This document shows positions 29,151-42,765 of a stretch of DNA of 64,000 nucleotides, in pieces. Origin of the DNA: Chrysomallon squamiferum (taxonomy: Eukaryota; Animalia; Mollusca). Made by a program: the position numbers and the translations under genes. Below the pieces are notes generated by a model that did no database searches, was not told the DNA's origin, and worked only from the letters and a program-made list of their open reading frames with translations. Positions within the stretch are counted from its first letter, which is position 1. The number at the start of each line of letters is the position of its first letter. Location of the stretch: NCBI GenBank assembly GCA_012295275.1, contig CM022671.1, forward strand, positions 6,510,001 to 6,574,000, written 5' to 3'.

Positions 29151-30403
29151 TTTGTATTTATATGATCGAGTCATATTTGTTAATAAATATACAAAATATA
29201 TAAATCTATTTGTTGTTTTGTTTAAAGATGTTTGATATTCATTAATTGGTTTGTTTAGATCAACAGCAAATTACCATCTCGAGACTGCCATCTCTTTCTA
29301 TGAATAACTTAAAAATAATAATAATGATAACTAAATAATAACATGGACTGAAAATTTGAATCATGCAGTTTGTCTTTACTTCCATTAACTTAACAGTTAT
29401 GAAAATATATCAAGGAGAATAATATTTAGAAATGTGATAAATAATAGCAAATAACATTTGATATTAATGAGAAAGAAAAAAAAACCTAATTTTTAAGACA
29501 ATCCAGAGCTCTCCTGCATAATACGAATAATAATTTGAATCTTTTAAGTTGTTTTTTTGTTACTGTACTATGGGCAATTCATATACTTTTATCAAAATAA
29601 TTTCTTTAAATTGTTTGTTATATAAACAGTATTCAGTGTAGAATTCTGGATTTTGTGTTACATTATTTTTATACGGCTAATTTTACAATTCAATCAAAGT
29701 GTAATAATTAAATCAAATAAAACATTAAGAAATCCACAAATTCTTACATAATGGTTTAGTTCTATGATGAATATAATATTCAAAAACCCACGAATCCTTT
29801 CAAATGTACAAAAGAAATAGACAAAATATATTTCGTATACTTTACATTTATTATTAATTTATTTATATTTTAATTATCTTTCACAAATAATGATGAAACA
29901 TAAACCGTTATGACGCACAAAGATTGGTATTTATTTACTTTTTTATTTTATTTTAATATTAACCTCTACAAAAACAGAAAACTATTCAGACATTTACAGG
30001 ATATTTCTCTGAAAAAAGTTAAACACAAGTTTATTTTAGAATAGACGTTACATTGTAGCAAAGAGATAATAATGAAATAAAATAAAATAAAATAATGGCG
30101 CCAAAAAAGTAATAATAAAAAAATAATAATAAAAAAAGATAATAAAATAAAACAAAGAGAATGGAACAAAATAAAATAAAATAAAGTAATAAAAAAATTA
30201 TAGACATGTAATCGAATGAAATGAAATAATTGATACCAGACATCCCAAGTTTAGAATTTTTTCTTCAGAATTGCCCGCTTGTCGTATGTTATGAGCAAGA
30301 CATACTAAGGCATGTCTAAGTAAGCAGCTGTACATGCTGAATTTGGAAGAAAGAGAAGACTAAAGATTAAATGTCTATTAAAAATAAAATAAATAAAAAA
30401 AAA

Positions 30404-30442
<39 letters not shown>

Positions 30443-30839
30443 ATACGTATAAATATAAAAAGAACAACATATTCTGTTCTTCAAGTACAAAAATTTCATA
30501 TTGGTTCATTAATTATAAATGTCTATTTTATTATTATTCAAAAACTCTTGAATAAACAGATTTAAAAAGTATTTAGTATCAATTTGTTTTAAAAATGGGG
30601 TCTCCAGACTTTAATGACATCATCAAAAGTGTCCATCAGATATAATGTCTGGGAATATCTGTTTTAGAGTTTATTGTAGCAAAAAGTGGTATTAGACGAT
30701 TTTCTCATTCCGGTGTAGATTCATATTAAAAGCATTTTGAAAACCTTTTTCGGAATAAGTATGAATTTGATTATGACGCCATTAATCATTTGGTGGTTGG
30801 AGATAAATCTTTGAGAAATCAAACACATTTAATTTACGG

Positions 30840-31190
30840 TGTATATGTATGTATTAGTGTGTGTGTATGTGTGAGTATGTGTGTATGTATGTGTGTTATG
30901 TGTATGTGTGTATATGTGTATATGTGTGTATGTATGTGTGTATGTGTGTCTTTGTATGTTTGAGTATGTGTGTATGTGTGTATGTATGTATGTGTGTATG
31001 TGTGAATGTATGTGTGTGTATGTATGTGTGTATGTGTGTGTATGTATGTGTATGTATGTGTGTATGTGTGTATATGTGTATGTGCATGTATCTGTGTGTA
31101 TGTATGTATGAGTATTTGTGTGTGTGTGTATGTGTGAGTATGTGTGTATATGTATGTGTGTGTGTATGTATGAACGTATATGTGTATATG
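30840..31190. repeat. Degenerate (TG/TA)n microsatellite in the array spacer
   Basis: Direct reading; homologous shorter tracts at ~3355-3445, ~16620-16672, ~25250-25355. Confidence 0.9.
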
Positions 31191-32482
31191 AGTGACGGAC
31201 GGACGGATGTATAGAGTTGGCTACTGATGATGGATAGATTTTTAGATGAGATTGTTGATGACCAACAAATAAAATATGTGGTATGAGATAAGATGTTTGG
31301 AAAGATACTTAAACACATAGACAGAGGAATGGCTGAATGGGTTAATAGAATGACGAGCAGCTACAGTAGGACAGATGCATATTATTGATACCTGTATGAA
31401 TATATGCATAGATGAACTGATGTATATAATGAAAGTTATATTGATGAATATATAGATTAGACAGACGGATGGCGTATTTAGGGAGAGAAAGAAATGAATG
31501 GATGACGTCTGAACAAAGAAATAAATATATAAGAAGACTGACAAATGGCATACAAGAATTAAATTTCTATTAAACAAAATAATAAATAAATTAATTAATA
31601 CGTATAAATATAACAAGAACAACATCGTCTGTTATTCAAGTTAAAACAAAATGTGAATAAACATATTTAAAAACTATTTAATATTAGGTTTTTTTCAATA
31701 TGGGGTCTCCAGACTTTAATGGCATCATCAAACGTGTCCATCAGATATAATGTCTGGGAATACCTGTTTTAGAGTTTATCATAGCAAAAAGTGGAATTAA
31801 ACGATTTTCTCGTTCCGGTGTAGATTCATATTAAAAGCATTTTGAAAACCTTTTTCGGAATAAGTATGAATTTGATTATGACGCCATTAATCATTTGTTC
31901 GCTGAAGATAAATCACTCAAAAATCAAACTCAGTTAATTTCCTTGTATGTGTATGTAAGCGTGTGTATGTATGTGTGTGTTTGTGTGTGAATGTGTGTGA
32001 ATGTATGGGTGTATGTTATACACGGACGGACGGATGTATAGAGTTGGTTACTGATGATGGACGAATCTGTAGATGAGATTTTTGGATCACCAACAAATAC
32101 GTTCTGAGGGATGAGATAGAATGTTTGGAAAGATACCTAAACATTTAGACAGAGGAATGGATTAATGGGTTATTAGAATGACGAGCAGCTACAGTAGGAC
32201 AGATGCATATTATTGATACCTGTATGATTATATGAATAGGTGAACTGATGTATATAATGAAAGTTATATTGATGAATATATAGATTAGACAGATGGGTGG
32301 CGTATTTAGGGAGAGAAAGAAATGAATTGATGACGTCTGAACAAAAAAATAAATATATAAGAAGACTGACAAATGATATACAAGTATTATAATCAGACAG
32401 ACAGGTAGATAGGTGTAGTTTGAATGGTGTGTGGATGAACAAAGAGACATAGTGATGCGCAAAAAATATTTGTAAATTTCAG

Positions 32483-33460
32483 GGAGCTATCAACTTGTAC
32501 ACACAGAAAGATGTACAAACATTTCTCTCAACACAGTCGACTCAGTCTGAGAAACACATTTTGATCTTCCACTGTGAATTCTCTTCAGAACGAGCTCCTA
32601 AACTGTAAGTCGTTTTTCTAATCTGTTGTTGCAGTTTGGATTGAAAACGTTTAATAAAACAAATTGGCATATACCGCTGAGTAAAAATAAAGATAACATT
32701 TTATTGATTAAACTTGGGTAATTTTTGTATTTTTATGATGCCTAATTTATATTTCAAAATTATATTGTTTTTATAATTATGCACAAGTTTATTGTGTTTT
32801 TATTTAGGTTTTTTTTTTTTTTTTTTTAAAAAGCTATATAATTTATTTGTTTTTTCTACTTCAGTTTGTTTAAACATTTTATTTATATTTATTTAGATTA
32901 CGCTATCTGAGAAACGAGGATCGTAAACTGAACAGTGACGTGTACCCGAAACTTTTCTTTCCTGAGATCTATCTTCTGTGTGGTGGATACAAGCAGTTCT
33001 TCAACCAGTTTCAGGTAATTAAAATATCAAACTATTACCTTTATTTAGATACTTTTATCAGAATTGATACACTCATGCAAAAATGATCATGATGATGATG
33101 AAGTTGATGAATTTTTTTTAGAACAGGTTGTCCTTTTCCAAAAACAGTTTCACCCCAGTCACTCTGGTTATCTCTCTTCATTTATATAAACAAGCGAATG
33201 ACTGCTGCTACCATAGTTACAACCAGCTTTTGATTTTAAAATTGCATAATTTAATATAATATACCAGTATTCTAACATTATAAATATTTATTTTATATTT
33301 ACAGAATCACTGTTCACCTGTCGACTATGTACCCATGCTTGAGAAGGAACATAGTGAAGATCTACGTCACTTCCGGTCTCGTGCCAAGTCTTGGACTGCT
33401 GGGCAGAGAAGACGACGTTGTCTACCACTTCAGCAGAGTGGATCACCGCCTTTATTCTGA
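32483..33460 (+). pseudogene. cdc25: Cdc25-like copy G, 5'-truncated (exons 4-6 only)
   Basis: Exons 32483-32604, 32897-33014, 33305-33460 are intact. Upstream, spacer sequence is joined directly to the end of intron 3 at ~32460; promoter and exons 1-3 are absent. Confidence 0.88.
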
Positions 33461-33501
33461 GATGCTGATGTCGACGGAAATTGTTTTGATTTTTTATACT
33501 C

Positions 33502-33735
33502 ATGTCATCTGACATTTTTTCTATAAAACACTGTTGTTTCGGCGGATGTTATCTGACAGTTCTTATATAAAATACTGTGTCGGATTATGTTATCTGACAG
33601 TTGTTATATAAAATCTGTTATGTCGGAGCCTGTTATCTGACAGTTGTTATATAAAATATTGTTGTGTCGGAGGATGTTATCTGACAGTTCTTATGTACAA
33701 TATTGTTATGTCGGAGGATGTTATCTGACAGTTAT
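33502..33735 (+). repeat. 44-bp hairpin minisatellite, copy G (5 units)
   Basis: TGTCGG..TCTGACA units. Confidence 0.88.
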
Positions 33736-34759
33736 TTGTATTTAAATGATCGAATCATATTTTTTAATAAATATACAAAATATATAAATCTATTTGTTGT
33801 TTTGTTTAAAGATGTTTGATATTCATTAATTGGTTTCTTTAGATCAACAGCAAATTTTCATCTCGAGACTGCCATTTCTTTCTATGAATAACTTTAAAAT
33901 ATTAATAATCATAAATAAATAATAACATGGACTGAAAATTTGAATCATGCAGTTATGAAAATATATCAAGGAGAATAATATTTAGAAATGTGATAAATAA
34001 TAGCAAATAACATTTGATGTTAATGAGAAAAAAAAAAAAACGTAATTTTTAAGACAATCCAGAGCTCTCCTGCATAATACGAGTAATAATTTGAATCTTT
34101 TAAGTTTTTTTTTTTTACTGGACTATGAGCAATTCATATACTTTTATCAAAATAATTTCTTTAAATTGTTTGTTATATAAACAGTATTCAGTGTAGAATT
34201 CTCGATTTTGTGTTACATTATTTTTATACGGCTAATTTTACAATTCAATCAAAGTGTAATAATTAAATCAAATAAAACATTAAGAAATCCACAAATTCTT
34301 ACATAATGGTTTAGTTCTATGATGAATATAATATTTAAAATCCGTCGTATCCTTTCAAATGTACAAAAGAAATAGACAAAATATACTTCGTATACTTTAC
34401 ACTTATTATTAATTTATTTATGTTTTAATTATCTTTCCCAATTAATGATAAAACATAAAGATTCGTATTTATTTTCTTTGTTATTTTCTTTTATTTTAAT
34501 ATAAACCGCTACAAAAATAGAAAACTATTCAGACATTTACAGGCATCATCAAAAGTGTCCATCAGATGTAATGTCTGGGAATATCTGTTTTAGAGTTTAT
34601 CATAGCAAAAAGTGGAATTAGACGATTTTCTCGTTTCGGTGTAGATTCATACTAAAAGCATTTTGAAAACATTTTTCGGAATAAATATGAATTTGATTAT
34701 GACGCCATTAATCATTTGCTGGTTGGAGATACATCTTTGAGAAATCAAACACATTTAAT

Positions 34760-35835
34760 TTATGTATGTGTTTGTAAGTGAGTGTATGTATGTGTATGTG
34801 TATGTATGTGTATATGTTTCTGCGTATGCTTATGTATGTGTGTGTATGTGTGTATATGTGTTTATGTATATGTAAGTGTGTTTGTGTATGTGTGAATGTG
34901 TACGTATGTGTGTATATGTCTATGTGTGTATGTGTGTATATGTGTGAATGTGTGTGAATGTGTGTATGTTTGTGTAGGTGTGTATGTGTATGTATGTGTG
35001 ATTATATATGTGTATGTATGTTTTTGTGTATGTGTGTATATGTGTGTGTATGTATATCTAAGTGTGCGTGTATGTGTGTGAATGTGTATATTGGTGTGTT
35101 TATGTGTGTGTATGTGTATGTATGTGTGTGTGTATATGTCTATGTGTGTGTATGTGTGTGTTTGTGTGTATATGTGTGAATGTGTGTGAATGTGTGTCTG
35201 TGTGCATGTATGTGTGTTTATGTGTGTGTATGTTTGTGTAGGTGTATGTATGTGTGATTATATGTGTGTATGTGTATGTGTGTGTGTATATTTTTTGTAT
35301 ATGTATATATGTGTGTATGTGTGTATGTATATCTAAGTGTGCATGAATGTGTGTATAGGTGTGTGTATGCGTGTGTGTATGTATGTGTGTGTGTGAATGT
35401 GTGTATGTGTATGTATGTGTGTGTATGCGTATGTGTTAATGTATATGTGTGTTTGCGTATGTGTGAATGTGTACGTATGTGTGTGTATATGTCTATGTGT
35501 GTGTTTGTGTGTATATGTGTCTTTGTGCAACTATGTGTGTATGTGTGTATGTTTGTGCAGGTGTGTATGTGTATGTATGTGTGATTATATATGTGTTTAT
35601 GTGTATGTATGTGTATGTATGTTTTTTGTGTATGTGTATATATGTGTGTGTATGTGTGTATGTATATCTATGTGTGCGTGTATGTGTGTGAATGTGTATG
35701 TAGGTGTGTGTATGCGTATATATGTATGTGTGTGTATGCGTGTGTATGTATGTGTGTGAATGTGTTTATGTATGTGTATGTATGTATGTATGTGTATATA
35801 TATATGTACGTGTGTGTATGTATGTGTGTATATAA
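34760..35835. repeat. Expanded ~1.1 kb degenerate (TG/TA)n tract with internal higher-order repeats
   Basis: Direct reading; recurring sub-blocks such as gtgtgattatat and tgtgtgaatgtgt. Confidence 0.92.
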
Positions 35836-35837
35836 GT

Positions 35838-35986
35838 GACCTAATGTCTATCAGTCCGACAACCGTGACAGAGTTAATTGATGGAGTCTACCAGGATGAA
35901 ATTTCTAGTTTTCAAATTGTCGACTGCAGATATCCGTACGAGTTTTGAAGGAGGCCATATTAAGGTGTGTACAATTTTAAAAATAT

Positions 35987-36068
<82 letters not shown>

Positions 36069-36268
36069 TAAATAAAATAACGTAATGATTCTTTAACGAT
36101 TCAGACAATATTTGTATCTGTGATATAAGGTGTTTTAATTTGTATGCCAATCCTTAATTGAACAAAGAATTATATGAAATTTCAGGGAGCTATCAACTTG
36201 TACACACAGAAAGATGTACAAACATTTCTCTCAACACAGTCGACCCAGTCTGAGAAACACGTTTTGAT
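35838..36268 (+). pseudogene. cdc25: Cdc25-like copy H fragment (partial exon 3, partial exon 4)
   Basis: Exon 3 portion 35838-35964 has a +1 T insertion giving GAG TTT TGA. Exon 4 (36186-36268) breaks off just before the HCEFSSER codons. Confidence 0.88.
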
Positions 36269-36500
36269 ATGTACTTACAAGTTGACATTAATAATAAACA
36301 CATTTGAAGACAGGATGAATAATAATAATCATTTTTTTTTCTCTTTAGTTGTTGAATTGTTCAACCTAACGTATCCACCAATATTATGTGTTCAGTGGTT
36401 TTTTTTCAAGAAGACACCAATAATAACTAACACTAACATTATTAATATTATTGTTGTTGTTGTTTTATTCGGGTAAAATAATTTTTAATTTGTTTTTCAG

Positions 36501-37687
36501 AATCATTGTTTACCAACTGTTTGTGGAGATAAACCAGACCTGATGTCTGTCAGTCCGACAACCGTGACAGAGTTAATTGATGGAGTCTATCGGAATGAAA
36601 TTTCTTGTTTTCACATTGTCGACTGCAGATATCCGTACGAGTTTGAAGGAGGCCATATTAAGGTGTTAATATTTTTAATATTTGTATCTGTGGTATAAGG
36701 TGTTTTAATTTGTATGCCAATCATTAATTGAAGAAAAAATTATATAAAATGTATTAATAAAAATATTTGTAAATTTCAGGGAGCTATCAACTTGTACACA
36801 AAAAAAGATGTACAAACATTTCTCTCAACACAGTCGACTCAGTGTGAGAAGCACATTTTGATCTTCCACTGTGAATTCTCTTCAGAGCGAGCTCCTAAAC
36901 TGTAAGTCGTGTTTCTAATCTGTTTTAGCAGTTTGCACACAGAACATTTAATCAATATATTGATAGATACCGCAGAGTAAAATAATTCTCAACATTTTAT
37001 TGATGTAAACATTGGTGATTTTCATTTTTCTGTGGCGCCTAATTTCAAAATTTATTTATTTATTATTATTATTTAAACAAGCTCTATATTTTTTATTGTA
37101 TTGTATTTTATTTTCTATTCCAGTTGAAGACATTTGTTTTCTATTTATTTAGATTACGCTATTTGAGAAACGAGGATCGTAAACTGAACAGTGACGTGTA
37201 CCCGAAACTTTTCTTTCCTGAGATCTATCTTCTGTGTGGTGGATACAAGCAGTTCTTCAACGAGTTTCAGGTAATTAAAATATCAAACTTTTACCTTTAT
37301 TTAGATACTTTTATCAGAATTGATACACCAATGCAAAAATAATCATGATGATGATGAAGTTGATGAACATTTTTTAGAACAGTGTTTGCTTTTCCAAAAA
37401 CAGTTTCACCCCACTGTCATTCTGCTTATCTCCCTTCATTTATATAAACAAGCGAATTACTGCTGCTACCATAGTGACAACTCGTTTTTTATTTTAATTT
37501 AATATAATATACCAGTATTCTAACATGTGTTATAAATATTTATTTTATATTTACAGAATCACTGTTCACCTGTCGACTATGTACCTATGCTTGACAAGGA
37601 ACACGGTGAAGACTACGTCACTTCCGGTCTCGTGCTGGGCAGAGAAGACGACGTTTGCTACCACTTCAGCAGATGTCTTTATTCTGA
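36501..37687 (+). pseudogene. cdc25: Cdc25-like copy I (exons 3-6, exon 6 disrupted)
   Basis: Exons 36501-36662, 36780-36901, 37153-37270 are open. Exon 6 from 37557 has a -1 deletion (gaagactac vs gaagatctac), a 15-nt deletion between tgc repeats removing KSWTA, and further deletions. Exons 1-2 are absent. Confidence 0.88.
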
Positions 37688-37729
37688 GATGTTGATGTCG
37701 ACGGAAATTGTTCTGATTTTTTATACTCT

Positions 37730-37875
37730 TGTTATCTGACATTTTTTCTATAAAACACTGTTGTGTCGGCGGATGTTATCTGACAGTTCTTATATAAAAT
37801 ATTGTTGTGTCGGAGGATGTTATCTGACAATTCTTATGTACAATATTGTTATGTCGGAGCCTGTTATCTGGCAGA
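37730..37875 (+). repeat. 44-bp hairpin minisatellite, copy I (3 units)
   Basis: TGTCGG..TCTGACA units. Confidence 0.85.
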
Positions 37876-38334
37876 TATTTTATTTATATAATCGAGTGAT
37901 GTTTATTAATAAATATACAAAATATACAAATCTATTTGTGTTATTTGTCTTTCTGAAAGTTTCGTTTAAATTGTTTGTTATATGAAAAATATTCAGCGTA
38001 TTCTTTTTCGTGCTACATTATTTTTTTACTGCAATTTTATAAATCAATCAAACTAATAATTAAATCAAATAATATAAAACATTAAGAAATCCATACTTAG
38101 ATAATGCCTTAATTCTGTTGTCAATATAATATTTAAAAACCCACGTATCCTTTTAAATGTACAAGAGAAATATACAAAATATGCTTTGTATACTTTACAT
38201 TTATTGTCGAACTACCTTTCAGAATTAATGATAAAACAGAAATTGTTATGACGCACAAAGATTGGTATTTATTTACTTTTTTGTTTTCTTTTAATTTAGT
38301 AATTATTTAATTACAAATTTCTCGGTGGTTACTT

Positions 38335-38455
38335 TCAGGCAGGATGTTATCTATTTGCGTGAAAATAGTTAATGTGTAAAATATTGTTATGTCGGCAGAC
38401 GTTATCCGACAGTTAATGTGTAAAATAGTATGTCGGCGGATGTTATCTGACTGTG
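38335..38455 (+). repeat. Diverged orphan copies of the hairpin repeat (2 units plus a partial)
   Basis: tgtcggcagacgttatccgacag and tgtcggcggatgttatctgac, about 500 bp downstream of the copy I array. Confidence 0.75.
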
Positions 38456-39830
38456 TTGGCTACTGTTGAATAATAAAGATAACAGAAAATACTCGGATTT
38501 TTTAAGGTTCCGACATCTATAAAAGTTGGCGATTTATTTTAGATAATAGTTACACTGGAATAATCACAAAATAACAACAAAAACTCATGTGATTTTAGAT
38601 ACCTCTTCCTCATCGTTGAACTAACGTCATCATTTGAGACATTGTAGATTCTCTTAATGAGTGTCTTAGTGCAAGCGATAAATATTAAAAATTAAAACGA
38701 ATTCCGATCTGTTCGACTCACCAGACCTCGTGTTTGATTTGTTTTAGCTGCACACTACGTTTTTATTAAATAAACATGTTTGTCAGTATATCCTGGTTGC
38801 CACCACCATGATGAAGGAACGTCAGAAGAACGATCTTTGGTCTCTGCTACCAACCGCAGGACTACTGTGTATCAGATACTACGGTAAATTCGTACCACGT
38901 TTAATCGTGAACCAGCCACGTGATCCTTAACACAGGTACAACAGCAGTCTGCCGGGTGTCAATAGGTAAATAAGAAAAAGTAAGAACAAAAAAAAAAACC
39001 ACAAACACATTCTCAAAACATCAGCTTTTTGCCTTCTTTAATTTCTTTATTGGAGTATTAACATAGATTTTAATTCCAATATATTCAGTGGTGAAATTTA
39101 TATACAAATGCATTTATACAATATCATAAAATATAATAAGTAATCAAACTGCCTAAAAACGTAAATTTTGATAATCAGGCAACCAGACAGCTGGAATTTA
39201 ATTTCATTTCCTTCTCCCAGTTCTACACACAAATGGGTACAATTCATTAAGTATCCACTATTTAGTCACATACTTTAAAATACCTCACCCATTCAAAATA
39301 ATCAGAAATATTCCTACGTTAAACAGAACAAAAATAACAGTAATGATGATAAAATTATAAATGATGATAAGACGATATAAAAAAAAAATATAATAATAAT
39401 AATAATATTAATAATAATATTAAACATTTCATCAAAGATTGTTTTAAAAATTTATATTTTTCTTAGTTGTTTGTATTACAGAAATAACAGACTAGACTCA
39501 TTTAGCTACAGTGACTTGACACTAAACACATATTTTCTCTCATTTTTTTTTTTTTTCATTTTTTTTTAAAATTATTATTTATTTGTTAAGTAGTATGCAT
39601 GCTGCAGTAATTAACAGTTTCTTTTATAAACTGTACAGACTAATGAGGTGATTTGAAAAAAAAAAAAAAAAAAAAGGTTAATCAAAACCTGGTGCTTGTG
39701 TATCAGTGTCTCTGGTATCTTTCCTAGATGATCCCCCCCCAACCCTACCAGTAGTAAATGCTGGTATGATTTGCAAAGACCTAAAAACCTACAACACTGT
39801 GAAATAATGACTATTTACAAACACACTTAT

Positions 39831-39902
<72 letters not shown>

Positions 39903-40474
39903 GTAATAATAATAATATTATTATTATTAGTTGTGATTAACTTCTAGGATTGGCTGGTTTTTTTACTGGAACATGCATGGTTTAATGTTACAAAACAAAC
40001 TGCTGTGTATTACAATATTAACATATTAGAGATTAAATCTGCCAAGTCACAGCACCCCCTCCCTCCCCCATAACAAACAAATGTAGATCTGTCTCTGTAA
40101 ACCGAATTTTTAAAACATAAACTGCAGAACAATTATTAATACTATAGGACTGCCTACTCACTAAACAGGTAACATACTAGCATTCATGAACAACCAGTTC
40201 CGTATGGGATAAATACAAGAAGTGTCATGTAACAAGTGGAAGCTGAACTGACAATTAGGGAAGTGTTACCAGAAAAACTCAATGATTCTACCAAATGAAC
40301 GGAGGCCATTTAAAGGGGATGTGTACAGAAAAAAATTGGCAAAAGTTTAAATGAAAAAAAAGAGAAAAGAGTTACGTCTGTTTGTGAGCATCTAGTTTAA
40401 CATCTTACTACTTGATCGTGTGAAATGACAAACAAGATAACAAGGGAAATATAAAGACTAAAAAATAATAATGT

Positions 40475-40514
<40 letters not shown>

Positions 40515-40861
40515 TAGTTACCAGTCACAAACAAGTATTCAGTAGTTTTAAAAATATGTGAAAATTCCTCTCACAAAGAATGTTTGGCTTAGATGTGTTG
40601 TTGTGGTACAGTACCACCACTAACCATTTCATCAGAAAATTTGAAATAACAAATAATTACTCAACCACAGCATTTAAATTTACTCAAACTCTGTAAACAT
40701 TCAGTTCCACACAGAAAAGCCTAACAATATGAGTAAAATGTTTATCAGTTATAAAATAAATTTAAATATGCAAAATAGCATGAAAAAATAAATAAATAAT
40801 AGTAGTAATAATAATAATGAACAAATAATAAACTTAAAAAGTATTGTTCATGTTAAAGAAT

Positions 40862-40864
<3 letters not shown>

Positions 40865-40948
<84 letters not shown>
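40865..40948. repeat. (AT)n microsatellite
   Basis: Direct reading. Confidence 0.95.
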
Positions 40949-41092
40949 CTACTTTAATTTACACCATATGTAACAAAATACAGCTGACATTAAACTTACA
41001 GAACAAAACAAATTTTGACTTATCACTTTGGAGTAATTTTACTGATGAAAGGTGGGAACAATCAAATAGTTGAAAATTTAGTTATTTGTTTC

Positions 41093-41125
<33 letters not shown>

Positions 41126-41260
41126 TAATAAACATTCAAGTTTTAATGCTAATAATTATTAAAAAATCACGTCTAAGAAGCCAAACTGCCACAATCACAA
41201 AAAACAAATCAATTTCATTTTAAATCAACATTTATCTGTACATAAAATTTATTTGAAAAA

Positions 41261-41305
<45 letters not shown>

Positions 41306-41662
41306 TATAATAATTAATGAATGAATGAATGAATGAAAAAAGAATAAATGGGTATAAAATTTATTTAAAGGAAAAAAAAACTGAAGAACTTTGCTACAAA
41401 AGAATTGTAAAAATAAAACATAGTTAAAAATGAATCCTCCATTATTTAAATTTTTATGAAAGATTTTTATGGGCACAGATCCTAAGTATTTTAAATTTTT
41501 CTTTGAAAATTAAAGAGAGAGAGAAAATAGAAATATATATATACTTAAAAATAAGCAATCTGGGAGGTGAGAGGGTGGGGTGTTGTGAAACAAAAGGCAC
41601 TTTCCCTGTTAGGTCAGTTTTACATTTTCTTTCTATTTACTCTGACTTAGAATATTTTTATA

Positions 41663-41885
41663 AAGGCTGAAGATCCAAATTTCCGAAATTCCTGCTTCAA
41701 AACTTTAACAGAGCAGCAGAAAAAGTGATACATTACTGTTTTCAGACTGTGTGCAAAACAAATGCAATTCCTATTTAAACTCGTATTCCAAATTCTGAAA
41801 AATTCGGAAATCCAAAATCTGAAAAATTCAGAAATCCAAAACCCTTCTAGTCACAAGTATTTCAGAGAAAGGGATTTTCAACCTA
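41663..41885. mobile_element. Tigger/pogo-type non-autonomous DNA transposon (MITE)
   Basis: Imperfect terminal inverted repeats (aaggctgaagatcc..ccgaaat left; atttcagagaaagggattttcaacct right) flanked by TA on both sides. The right end resembles, from memory, the Tigger4/MER46-type terminus CAGGTTGAGTATCCCTTATCCGAAATGCTTGGGACCAGAAG. Confidence 0.65.
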
Positions 41886-41922
41886 TATTATAATTTACAG
41901 TTGTTTGTTTGTTGTTGTTGTT

Positions 41923-41968
<46 letters not shown>

Positions 41969-42524
41969 GATTTGTTTTACTGTTAACCTTTAAGTAATGT
42001 TAAACAACTTACATTCTGATACAAATACGAATAATAATAATAATAATAACAATAATAATAATAATAATAATAATAAGATTATTATTATTATTATTATTAT
42101 ATTAAGATCCTGTAACTAATTACATGTATTAAACATTTATCTTATTGTTACATTAATTTATAAAAATCTACCAATTCATTTTATTACAGGAATGAAAATG
42201 CAGGTAACAATAACAATTATTTATATACAATTTATAGCCCAGTCTTACATAAAGAATATTTAATTTTTGTTTGTAACATGCACTTTAGCAGTTATTAAAG
42301 AGATCCTAATTTTGTTTTACTTAAACTGAAAAGACCCAGAGATAAAATGTAAAATAAAAAAATAAATAAAAAAGTGACAACGTAAGTCAGAAAATGCAGT
42401 GAACATCTAGTGGCAAGTCTTACAAACTTTTTATAAGCAAAATATTGTACAATCAAAACTGAATATTCATAGACTGATAGAGACACAGGACACCAACAAT
42501 CTAATGCCTTGTTTACTGTATAGT

Positions 42525-42765
42525 TACAATATACCATATCAATACAGATATCATACATTGCATATCTACAATATATCATACACTGGACATCCACAATATA
42601 CCAGATCTATAAATATATCATATATTGCTTATCTACAACATATCATATCTATATAGATATCATATACTGGATATCCACAATATACCATATCTATAAAGAT
42701 ATCAGGCATTGGATATTTGCAATACATCACATCCATCAAAAGATATACATAAATATCCACATTAG
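42525..42765. repeat. Degenerate minisatellite (ggatatccacaatataccatatctata-like)
   Basis: Several imperfect copies visible. Confidence 0.6.

Noticed and set aside
30840-35948. Many C/V/Y/M-rich or H/T-rich ORFs in the ORF track
   Set aside because: Translations of (TG/TA)n microsatellites; no coding signal.
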